Source: a virus
Lineage: Duplodnaviria > Heunggongvirae > Uroviricota > Caudoviricetes
Strand: one strand, 5' to 3'
Virus record (IMG/VR): IMGVR_UViG_3300031760_000015
Span: 43,641-107,640 of that record
DNA length: 64,000 nucleotides
Shown: positions 46,108 through 52,908 of the stretch, in pieces
How the letters are laid out: each line of letters begins with the position of its first letter
Numbering within the stretch: position 1 is the first letter of the stretch
Notes under the pieces: generated by a model
Databases searched by the model: none
Told to the model about the DNA's origin: nothing
What the model saw: only the letters and a program-made list of their open reading frames with translations
Program-made: the position numbers and the translations under genes

Positions 46108-46195
46108 GCCGCGGTGGTGCAACTGGCGAGACACAGCAGACTTAAAATCTGCCACGCAAGATACATTACCGGTTCAAATCCGGTTCGCGGCACCA
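46108..46195 (+). tRNA. tRNA-Leu(TAA), type II
   Basis: anticodon arm GCAGA-CTTAAAA-TCTGC, long variable arm, T-arm CCGGTTCAAATCCGG, CCA. Confidence 0.6.
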
Positions 46196-46250
46196 AGGAC
46201 TACTGTTCTCACTTCATACGTCCTATATAAACATTCTAGAAGTGAATTAT

Positions 46251-46335
46251 GGGGCATTGGACTTAGGCGAACATGGCACAGCCGGCGGACTCAAAATCCG
46301 CGTCTTTCGGGGTTCGAATCCCCGATGCCCTACCA
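46251..46335 (+). tRNA. atypical tRNA-like, anticodon CAA, with about 8 extra nt in the D region (contains CACAGCC)
   Basis: acceptor GGGGCAT/ATGCCCT, anticodon arm GCGGA-CTCAAAA-TCCGC, T-arm CGGGGTTCGAATCCCCG, CCA. Confidence 0.4.
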
Positions 46336-46336
46336 C

Positions 46337-46365
46337 TTGACTTTCTTTTAAAATTATAGTATAAT
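46337..46365 (+). promoter_or_regulatory. sigma-A-type promoter TTGACT-N17-TATAAT
   Basis: -35 46337-46342, -10 46360-46365. Confidence 0.5.
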
Positions 46366-46395
46366 AATTACAGTAAAGAGAAAGGAACTAATTAA

Positions 46396-46596
46396 ATGGA
46401 TTTAATTGAACAACTTGAAACCTTACGAATTTCTGATAATGATTTTTTTGGACAAAGTTATGAAAAACAATGCGCTTATGCTCGCGCGAATGCGATGTTA
46501 GACGATTGCCTAGAAATCGTTTGGAAATGGTTATTAGATAATAATGCACTAGATAAAGTAGAATACCTTAGAAAAAGAGTTCATTTTAATACTTGA
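46396..46596 (+). CDS. hypothetical protein
   Basis: ORF track. Confidence 0.45.
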   Translation: MDLIEQLETLRISDNDFFGQSYEKQCAYARANAMLDDCLEIVWKWLLDNNALDKVEYLRKRVHFNT

Positions 46597-46621
46597 CTTA
46601 TAATAAAAAATTTGTTATAAT
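46593..46621 (+). promoter_or_regulatory. sigma-A-type promoter TTGACT-N17-TATAAT
   Basis: -35 46593-46598, -10 46616-46621. Confidence 0.5.
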
Positions 46622-46623
46622 AA

Positions 46624-46688
46624 ATATGTAAGAACGACGATTACAGCAATTAATAAGTAAACATAGCTATTGGAGTTATTTCTACTGT
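46624..46688 (+). ncRNA. E4a: stem (ACGACG/CGTCGT) + ATTACAGCAATT motif hairpin element, no tRNA inside
   Basis: motif 46632-46643 directly 3' of the stem 5' strand. Confidence 0.45.
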
Positions 46689-46702
46689 TCGTCGTGCTGA
46701 TT

Positions 46703-46777
46703 GAAATTAAAGGCGGATACAGCAATTTTATATTTTAAGTAATAATCTGTTAAATTATCGCACTTAATAATAACCGC
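46703..46777 (+). ncRNA. E4b: stem (AGGCGG/CCGCCT) + ATACAGCAATT motif hairpin element
   Basis: motif 46709-46719. Confidence 0.45.
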
Positions 46778-46786
46778 CTAGAAATT

Positions 46787-46864
46787 ATGGGCTTGTGACG
46801 TAACTTGGCAAACGTACGGCGTTTAGACCGCCGGTTCTGAAGGTTCAACTCCTTTCAAGCCCAC
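46787..46864 (+). tRNA. tRNA with anticodon TAG (Leu) but class I (5-nt variable loop), A73
   Basis: D-arm ACGT..ACGT, anticodon arm CGGCG-TTTAGAC-CGCCG, T-arm GAAGGTTCAACTCCTTT, CCA. Confidence 0.6.
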
Positions 46865-47384
46865 CAGTCACCTCCCGCTAATGTGACAACCGTTAACATT
46901 TGTTTGATAGTTTCTGTTGGAAAACGGTATATAAAGAAGCAACAGCACATATCAATCGGACGAGTTGCTACGCCGGTATGATTGAAACTATCGTGGCATC
47001 ATTGAAGAGCCTTCACGCGGCGATGCTGTTTAAACTAATCTTCAACTTGCTGGCGATTTGTCGTAAGTCAGCGCCAACCAAATATTGAAGAGCGGCCCAT
47101 CCTTTACTTGCAAGACTGTGATGGGACTTGAACCGCAAGGGAGATTTGTCGAGTCGGAACTCGTATAAGAGAAGCCGGGGTGCGCAAGAAAGCCAGGATA
47201 AGAGTTGGACCGGCCTGGATGAAAGACGTTCACTTCAATATTTAAGTTATCCGCTGACCAATATGCGGGATATAAATAGTTGGGTATAAATTAAGATATT
47301 TTAAGGTAGCATTGGTGTCATGAGCCAATGAGATAAGATGCTCCTACATCAGCTTAAAATATAAATATAAATAAAATCATAGGA
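46865..47384 (+). ncRNA. GC-rich ORF-free structured block between tRNA and HNH gene
   Basis: hairpins GTCAC..GTGAC, GCAAC..GTTGC; no convincing ORF. Confidence 0.3.
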
Positions 47385-47954
47385 GTGATTATTATGAAAA
47401 AATGGGAAAGGTTTTCTGATGAAGAGTTGCAAGAAATTGCTTATAGAAGTTCTTGCTTAGGAGACTACGCTAAAAATTTAGGCTATTCTATAAAAGGTAC
47501 TAGTGGTAATAGTGCTCGTTCTTCTGTAAAAGCAATGATTGAACTTAAACAAATAAATGTAATGCATTTTAAAGGTTATAAAGATAAATCTACACAATTT
47601 AATTATAAACATGTTAATGAAAATTATAATGTTAGTAATTTATTTATAGAAAATAGCTTCGCAGAAAGAAAACTTATTAGACGTTATTTATTAGCATATA
47701 ATTTAATTCCATATAAATGTGCTTTTTGTGGTAATGAAGGGGAATGGCGAGGAAAGCAGATTAGTTTAGAATTAGACCATATTAATGGCAAGCATAATGA
47801 TAATAGATTAGAAAATCTTCGTTGGCTTTGTCCAAATTGTCACGCTACTACTCCTACATACTGCGGTAAAAATATAACTTATCAATGTGAACAAGCCCTG
47901 TTAGCTCAGTCGGTAGAGCATTCGGCTGGTCAGATAGAAACAAGTCCTAGTTGA
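47385..47954 (+). CDS. HNH homing endonuclease
   Basis: CAFCG ... DHINGKHNDNRLENLRWLCPNCH; 3' end overlaps tRNA-Thr exon 1. Confidence 0.7.
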   Translation: MIIMKKWERFSDEELQEIAYRSSCLGDYAKNLGYSIKGTSGNSARSSVKAMIELKQINVMHFKGYKDKSTQFNYKHVNENYNVSNLFIENSFAERKLIRRYLLAYNLIPYKCAFCGNEGEWRGKQISLELDHINGKHNDNRLENLRWLCPNCHATTPTYCGKNITYQCEQALLAQSVEHSAGQIETSPS

Positions 47955-48020
47955 GTGCAAGACTCAAATCTGGCACCATTAACCGAAGTGTCGGCAGTTC
48001 AAGTCTGTCACAGGGCGCCA
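47895..48020 (+). tRNA. tRNA-Thr(GGT) interrupted by a 50-nt insert in the anticodon loop (insert 47931-47980, between nt 36 and 37)
   Basis: acceptor GCCCTGT/ACAGGGC, D-arm GCTCAGTCGGTAGAGC, anticodon stem TTCGG/CCGAA, T-arm GGCAGTTCAAGTCTGTC, CCA; insert folds into CAGAT/ATCTG and TTGAGT/ACTCAA helices. Confidence 0.55.
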
Positions 48021-48095
48021 GCCTGAGCAAATGTGGAAAGTCGTATGTGCGGTTAGCTGACCTTAAAGCTATTCTAATCTAGAGGAGAATAAAAT

Positions 48096-48635
48096 ATGGA
48101 TAATGTACGTTTAAAGATTCTACCACCTTGGACAATTGTAATTCGTAAGTTTGAGGCTCTATTTGATGGTGACCCACAAATTGCTTGTAATTGTAACTTC
48201 AATGGTTCTAATCCTTCTATTGTTCTTGCTTGTAATAATGGCGATAAGGTTGCCGCACTCCAGAAGATTCTTCCTTCTGATATCTCCTTCGGCAATGTGA
48301 AGTTGAACGTTGTCGTGGATGGTATTCCTTCCAATCGAGCTTTTACTAGCAAGGTAGAATTATTTGATATCGCTTTTAAGGGCAATCCAGCATACGCTTA
48401 TTCTGTGTGCCCAGCTGAAGATGGTTATATGTGGATTGGAACTACTTATGTAGTATTTAAGAATTGTGTTGTACAGTTCGCCGCAGATAATCTAAATGAT
48501 TGCCACGGTATCATTAGCACTCTATATCAAACTATCGCAGAAGAACTTCTACGTGGTGAAGCTACCGAAGGTGTTTTCTATAATACTGATGTAGAGCGCG
48601 CAAATCTTGGTAAGCCTCTAGGTGAGTGGCCATAA
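48096..48635 (+). CDS. hypothetical protein with GC-biased codon usage
   Basis: ORF track; RBS GAGGAG. Confidence 0.5.
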   Translation: MDNVRLKILPPWTIVIRKFEALFDGDPQIACNCNFNGSNPSIVLACNNGDKVAALQKILPSDISFGNVKLNVVVDGIPSNRAFTSKVELFDIAFKGNPAYAYSVCPAEDGYMWIGTTYVVFKNCVVQFAADNLNDCHGIISTLYQTIAEELLRGEATEGVFYNTDVERANLGKPLGEWP

Positions 48636-48648
48636 TCCACTCAATTAT

Positions 48649-48723
48649 GACCCTATGGTGTAGTTGGTCTAACATATTAGCCTGTCACGCTAAAGATCAC
48701 GGGTTCAAATCCCGTTAGGGTCG
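48649..48723 (+). tRNA. tRNA-Asp(GTC)
   Basis: acceptor GACCCTA/TAGGGTC, anticodon loop CTGTCAC, T-arm ACGGGTTCAAATCCCGT. Confidence 0.65.
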
Positions 48724-48726
48724 CTT

Positions 48727-48850
48727 TTAGACTCAGCCAGCATATTTTTTACTTACGCATTGAGGAGCGAGTAGCATTGGTTCGAATCCAATTCTTCCCA
48801 CTATATGGGAAGATAGTGTAATGGTAGCACGCTTAATAGTATGAGTCTAG
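48727..48850 (+). ncRNA. E7: stem-framed (TAGACTCA/TGAGTCTA) element with degenerate motif (GCCAGCATAT) enclosing a circularly permuted tRNA-like core (T-arm + 3' acceptor TCTTCCC ... 5' acceptor GGGAAGA + D-arm)
   Basis: T-arm ATTGGTTCGAATCCAAT; acceptor halves perfectly complementary; D-arm GTGTAATGGTAGCAC. Confidence 0.45.
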
Positions 48851-48856
48851 TTTTAT

Positions 48857-48933
<77 letters not shown>

Positions 48934-48934
48934 T

Positions 48935-48963
48935 TTGACATCTTTTCAAAATTCTGTTATAAT
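48935..48963 (+). promoter_or_regulatory. sigma-A-type promoter TTGACA-N17-TATAAT
   Basis: -35 48935-48940, -10 48958-48963. Confidence 0.5.
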
Positions 48964-48993
48964 ATATACAGAAAGAATGAAAGGAATATAATT

Positions 48994-49218
48994 ATGAAAG
49001 AAGTATTAAACGCAAACAAAGCCAAAGCAGAATTTGTAAAATCAATTCATAATTGGTTAATGCGTACTCTTGAACAAAATAATAAAACAGAATATAAAAA
49101 TTGTTTTACTATTGAAGGTTCGAGTATTATGTGTGAGCTTCCTACTGATTATTTCAATTTATTTGATATTCCCGCAGGAACAAAAATTGAAATGAAATTT
49201 ATTTCTAAGAAATCTTAA
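48994..49218 (+). CDS. hypothetical protein (74 aa)
   Basis: ATG behind GAAAGGAA; the track ORF start overlaps tRNA-Pro. Confidence 0.45.
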   Translation: MKEVLNANKAKAEFVKSIHNWLMRTLEQNNKTEYKNCFTIEGSSIMCELPTDYFNLFDIPAGTKIEMKFISKKS

Positions 49219-49221
49219 TAA

Positions 49222-49313
49222 TAAGCCTTTACAGCAATTTTTAAATGGTTAAATTATTTTGTTTAAAGTACAGAGTAAGAGAAGGTTCGAGCCCTTCATA
49301 ATTAAAAGGCTTA
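49222..49313 (+). ncRNA. E5: 9-bp stem (TAAGCCTTT/AAAGGCTTA) + ACAGCAATTT motif element containing a T-arm-like hairpin (GAAGGTTCGAGCCCTTC)
   Basis: motif 49231-49240; T-arm-like 49281-49297. Confidence 0.45.
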
Positions 49314-49319
49314 GTATTT

Positions 49320-49396
49320 GCCGGTTTAGCTTAGTTGGTTAAAGCACTCGCCTTGTAAGCGAGAGACCTTCGGTCCGAATCCGAAAACCGGCCCCA
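49320..49396 (+). tRNA. tRNA-Thr(TGT)
   Basis: acceptor GCCGGTT/AACCGGC, anticodon arm CTCGC-CTTGTAA-GCGAG, T-arm TTCGGTCCGAATCCGAA, CCA. Confidence 0.7.
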
Positions 49397-49414
49397 CTTA
49401 AAAGGAGTAGTAAA

Positions 49415-49864
49415 ATGGGATTTTTTAATCGGTCTAAGAATACAAAAACAGAAAATTTAGAACTTAAACCGGTATCGTCTCCGTCAAAAAAATGTAATCA
49501 TAAATTTCAAGATTTTCCTTGGTATGTAGAAGGAACAGAAAATGATGATATTTATTCTAGACATTGGTATCATTTAACTATCAAAGAACCGTATGTTTGT
49601 ATTTATTGCGGAGAAAGACAAGATAAAATATTATGGGAAATAAAGCGTTATGGTCCACATAAAGAAGCAATACAAGGTTTAGATGATATTAATGAAAAAT
49701 TTAAAGACCATATTAGGCATCGTGCTGAAATTGAAGATATGATAAATGATATGCAATTAGTTGATCCACAATATTTACAATATTATCATATGCTTCAAGG
49801 AACTAAAGACCCATCTACTTCAAGACTATATGAAAAAGAAATAAAACCAAAATTAAAAGTTTAA
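49415..49864 (+). CDS. hypothetical protein (contains CIYCG Zn-ribbon-like motif)
   Basis: ORF track. Confidence 0.5.
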   Translation: MGFFNRSKNTKTENLELKPVSSPSKKCNHKFQDFPWYVEGTENDDIYSRHWYHLTIKEPYVCIYCGERQDKILWEIKRYGPHKEAIQGLDDINEKFKDHIRHRAEIEDMINDMQLVDPQYLQYYHMLQGTKDPSTSRLYEKEIKPKLKV

Positions 49865-49866
49865 TT

Positions 49867-49986
49867 TATGCGGTCACAGCAATTTTAGATATTAATCTAA
49901 GTGTCATCGGTTCGATTCCGATTATTCCAGCCATTTAATTTGGAGTGTAGCTCAATTGGTAGAGCATTAGACTTTATAACCGCATA
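49867..49986 (+). ncRNA. E6: 8-bp stem (TATGCGGT/ACCGCATA) + CACAGCAATT motif enclosing a circularly permuted tRNA (3' anticodon-stem strand TCTAA, variable loop, T-arm, 3' acceptor TATTCCA-G-CCA, spacer, 5' acceptor TGGAGTG, D-arm, 5' anticodon-stem strand TTAGA)
   Basis: T-arm ATCGGTTCGATTCCGAT 49906-49922; encoded CCA 49931-49933; D-arm GCTCAATTGGTAGAGC 49950-49965; no T-arm downstream of the 5' half. Confidence 0.6.
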
Positions 49987-50002
49987 GTACAAATATTTAT
50001 AG

Positions 50003-50061
50003 AGACTCTTTCAGCAAAAGTAAATTTATAAGTCCTTACATTATAAAAAGAATATGAGTCT
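50003..50061 (+). ncRNA. stem (AGACTC/GAGTCT) + degenerate motif TTTCAGCAAAAG hairpin element
   Basis: same arrangement as E2-E9, motif diverged. Confidence 0.3.
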
Positions 50062-50075
50062 TGTAATTAAACTTT

Positions 50076-50176
50076 AAGTCCGTTACAGCAATTTTATATA
50101 AAAATTTAGAATTAATTTAATATGTTGGTTTATTAAAAATTTTGAAAATTTATTGATACGGACTTGATTTTTTTAT
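50076..50176 (+). ncRNA. E8: 8-bp stem (AAGTCCGT/ACGGACTT) + TACAGCAATT motif element with AT-rich loop, followed by a T-run (terminator-like)
   Basis: motif 50084-50093; T-run 50168-50176. Confidence 0.45.
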
Positions 50177-50191
50177 TTGAAAGGTTAAAAT

Positions 50192-50551
50192 ATGAATGAC
50201 GCAAATTATGAATGGCTTTTTCTAATTCCTGAAGGTTGGGTACAGATTGCTCAACAAATGATTGAAGAATGTGAAGCTATCAATCCTTCTTATCAAATTG
50301 AAGATTTAAAAGAAAAATGGGGAGAATTGCGCGTTGTTAGTTATATTAAAGACTACAATGATACTGAATGGCTTCTTCCCGCCTCCAATGATAAAGAAAT
50401 AGAAGAAATAGAAAATAAATATATAGAACAAAGTCGTAAAACTTGTTGCATTTGCGGCAAATCTGCTACGAAAATATCTACTGGTTGGATTTGTCCTTAT
50501 TGTGATGATTGCGGAGATAAGGATGAGAGGTTTTATAAAAGGTTTAAATAA
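50192..50551 (+). CDS. Cys-rich (CCICG ... CPYCDDCG) hypothetical protein
   Basis: ORF track. Confidence 0.5.
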   Translation: MNDANYEWLFLIPEGWVQIAQQMIEECEAINPSYQIEDLKEKWGELRVVSYIKDYNDTEWLLPASNDKEIEEIENKYIEQSRKTCCICGKSATKISTGWICPYCDDCGDKDERFYKRFK

Positions 50552-50587
50552 GGCGGGTTAAGCCTAATGGTAAGGCAGGAGATTGCT
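50552..50587 (+). tRNA. tRNA-Ser(GCT) 5' exon
   Basis: GGCGGGT-TA-AGCCTAATGGTAAGGC-A-GGAGA-TTGCT; partner exon at 51251-51309. Confidence 0.5.
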
Positions 50588-50607
50588 TTTTTACTTAATT
50601 AAACTTA

Positions 50608-51225
50608 ATGGTAGAAACAAAGATTAAAGGGCTTACGACAGAATTATTATGTCAGGCATATCTTACTTCTTTAGGATATAATATTTCTATTCCTATTGGC
50701 GAAGATTGTAGATATGATATGATTCTGGATTTAAATGGAAAACTTTTGCGTATACAAGTTAAAACTTGTCAAGAAGAAGAAAATAGAATATCTTTTCGTA
50801 CTTGTAGTATTACAACATCCGGAAAAGAAAATATTATTCATAAATATACTAAAGACCAAATTGATTTAATAGCTACTTATTATAATGACCAATGTTATTT
50901 AATTCCAATTGAAGAATGTGAAGGAATGAAAGGTAGAAGTTTAGTTTTTTCACCAGAAAAAACAAATGCTATTAAACCTTTATATATTAAAGATTATACA
51001 GCAGAAATCATTTTAAATAAAATCCTTAATAATGAACAAATTAAAAAGGAGGATGATTTTATTGTGTATCAATATGATTTAAATAATAACTTACTTAATC
51101 AATTTTCTTCATACGCAGAAGCAGGAACTTCCATTAACAAACCTTCTAGTCATATAAGTCAATGTGCTAGAGGATTAAGAAAAACCGCATATGGTTTTAT
51201 TTGGTCATTAACATTAAAGGATTAA
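50608..51225 (+). CDS. PD-(D/E)XK-like homing endonuclease with NUMOD-like C-terminus, inside the tRNA-Ser intervening sequence
   Basis: YDMILD ... RIQVKT; C-terminal ...CARGLRKTAYGFIWS; paralog of 34443 gene. Confidence 0.45.
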   Translation: MVETKIKGLTTELLCQAYLTSLGYNISIPIGEDCRYDMILDLNGKLLRIQVKTCQEEENRISFRTCSITTSGKENIIHKYTKDQIDLIATYYNDQCYLIPIEECEGMKGRSLVFSPEKTNAIKPLYIKDYTAEIILNKILNNEQIKKEDDFIVYQYDLNNNLLNQFSSYAEAGTSINKPSSHISQCARGLRKTAYGFIWSLTLKD

Positions 51226-51250
51226 GAAAGAAAAAAAGCAATCTCCCAGT

Positions 51251-51309
51251 AATCGACGTATGTCGGTGTTTCGGTTCAAGTCCGAAACCCGTCGCCAATT
51301 GTGGACTGT
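51251..51309 (+). tRNA. tRNA-Ser(GCT) 3' exon (AA, anticodon stem TCTCC, variable-arm hairpin CGAC-GTAT-GTCG, T-arm, acceptor ACCCGTC, G, CCA)
   Basis: acceptor complementary to 50552-50558; intron-proximal AAAAGCAA pairs with TTGCTTTT of exon 1. Confidence 0.5.
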
Positions 51310-51773
51310 TGGCTTAGAAGCAGCCATTCAGCTAAGGAGTTCTTAATTTCTCTATTAGTGCAAAATGTATTGTGGGCTACATTTGTTATAATGACCCACG
51401 AGTATGATGTGCTGATAGATAATAGAAATATGAGATTTGGCGTAATAGCACACCACAAATATTGAGCTGGTCAGTGTAGCGTGCAGAAAGTTCAAGAAAA
51501 TAAACACGGGGTTACTACACAATAGAATTAGAGCGTTGGAACGGGCAGCCACGAGTCTTAGTAACTGATGGAAGAATGTCAACTTCCCTAATTCTATATA
51601 ATGCGGTGGCGGAATAGGTAGACGCATAGACCGTAAGAGCCTGTGAAATTACGGATAACAACTTGCTCATGTAAGGTGCAAATCCTTACCCGCATAAATA
51701 GACTTGCCCACGCCTCTTAATAATGCGTACCTTGGGGAGCGCGTGTTCCGCGACGTTTAACTGCGGGTTATAT

Positions 51774-51848
51774 GCGGGTGTAGTTCAACGGCTCGAATAC
51801 CTGGCTTCCACCCAGGAGATGAGGTTTCGACTACCTCTACTCGCACCA
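51774..51848 (+). tRNA. tRNA-Gly(TCC)
   Basis: anticodon arm CCTGG-CTTCCAC-CCAGG, T-arm GAGGTTTCGACTACCTC, CCA. Confidence 0.55.
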
Positions 51849-51851
51849 TAT

Positions 51852-51925
51852 AGGGGATTAGCGTAATGGCAGCGCCGCGGGCTTTGAACCCGTCTGTTGT
51901 AAAGGTTCGATTCCTTTATCCCCTG
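51852..51925 (+). tRNA. tRNA-Gln(TTG)
   Basis: acceptor AGGGGAT/ATCCCCT, anticodon arm GCGGG-CTTTGAA-CCCGT, T-arm AAAGGTTCGATTCCTTT. Confidence 0.55.
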
Positions 51926-51930
51926 CTTAT

Positions 51931-52010
51931 TTTAGACATTCACAGCAATAATAAGCAATGCCATTATTTAAATTTAAATCAAAAGATTATTGCAACTTTT
52001 GTAGTGTCTA
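51931..52010 (+). ncRNA. E9: stem (TAGACA/TGTCTA) + TTCACAGCAATAAT motif element with AT-rich loop
   Basis: motif 51939-51952. Confidence 0.45.
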
Positions 52011-52027
52011 GTTTATAGGAGAAAAAT

Positions 52028-52252
52028 ATGAAAATGAAAAGAGGAACAGACCATTCTTGGGATATAAGAAGATATAAAGGTGATACTGCTTTATACGCGC
52101 ACTGCAATTGTGGATTTGATTATAATTGTTCGCGCACCGAATATAGCAAAGAAGAAGGCTTTATTACAAAAATCTTTTGTATTTATCGCTATTGTCCCAA
52201 TTGCGGCGCTCGCAAGAAATGGTATAATGAAGTTCCTCATAAAATGTTCTAG
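52028..52252 (+). CDS. small Zn-ribbon protein (CNCG ... YRYCPNCGARK)
   Basis: same YCPxCG C-terminal motif as 83, 297 and 2459 genes. Confidence 0.5.
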   Translation: MKMKRGTDHSWDIRRYKGDTALYAHCNCGFDYNCSRTEYSKEEGFITKIFCIYRYCPNCGARKKWYNEVPHKMF

Positions 52253-52263
52253 GAGGTTATCGG

Positions 52264-52602
52264 ATGAACTCAAATACAATTTATGGTCCAGAGCTAAATA
52301 AAGATATTTTAGATTTTATCAATCGCCGTTTTCCTATTGATAAAGATTGCAATTGGATGAGCGGTAATTGTTATTATTTTGCTCGAATTTTAAAGACAAG
52401 ATTTAAAGGTGAAATTTGGTATGATTTGGTTAATGGTCATTTTCTCTTCCGTCGCGGCGATTACTTTTTTGATTGGACTGGGATTAGACTAGAATATGAT
52501 TTGGATAAGCCTGAAACAGTTGATAATCTAGTTAAATGGTCTACTTATAAGAAAGTTGACCCAGCTCATTATGAAAGAATTGTTAGAGATGTAATTGAAT
52601 AA
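52264..52602 (+). CDS. hypothetical protein
   Basis: ORF track. Confidence 0.5.
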   Translation: MNSNTIYGPELNKDILDFINRRFPIDKDCNWMSGNCYYFARILKTRFKGEIWYDLVNGHFLFRRGDYFFDWTGIRLEYDLDKPETVDNLVKWSTYKKVDPAHYERIVRDVIE

Positions 52603-52613
52603 AGGAGAGAATT

Positions 52614-52859
52614 ATGAGTAAGTTTTTAAGTAATATTCAAGATGTTGAAGCTTTTCGTGCAGCAGTAAGGCAATGTAAGGGAGATGTAATTCTTCGTAGC
52701 ACTGATGGCACTGAAGAATTTAATTTAAAAAGTCGTTTATCAGAATTTATTGCTCTTAGTAAATTAGCTGATATGCATGGAGATCAATATGAAATATTTT
52801 GTATGAATTATGCTGACGAAGCTATTCTTTTAAAATATTTTTATGATAAAACTCATTAA
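52614..52859 (+). CDS. hypothetical protein
   Basis: ORF track. Confidence 0.5.
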   Translation: MSKFLSNIQDVEAFRAAVRQCKGDVILRSTDGTEEFNLKSRLSEFIALSKLADMHGDQYEIFCMNYADEAILLKYFYDKTH

Positions 52860-52866
52860 TAAATAT

Positions 52867-52894
52867 AAACCTGCGAAAGCAGGTTTATTTTTTT
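52867..52894 (+). terminator. rho-independent terminator
   Basis: AAACCTGC-GAAA-GCAGGTTT then ATTTTTTT. Confidence 0.75.
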
Positions 52895-52908
52895 AGGTGG
52901 TGAATTAT

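Noticed and set aside
51603-51700. Possible type II tRNA (T-arm GTAAGGTGCAAATCCTTAC, acceptor-like ATGCGGT/CCCGCAT)
   Set aside because: The D-arm and anticodon arm could not be folded consistently (anticodon stem CCGTAA/TTACGG would carry a 12-nt loop); reported only as unresolved tRNA-like sequence.
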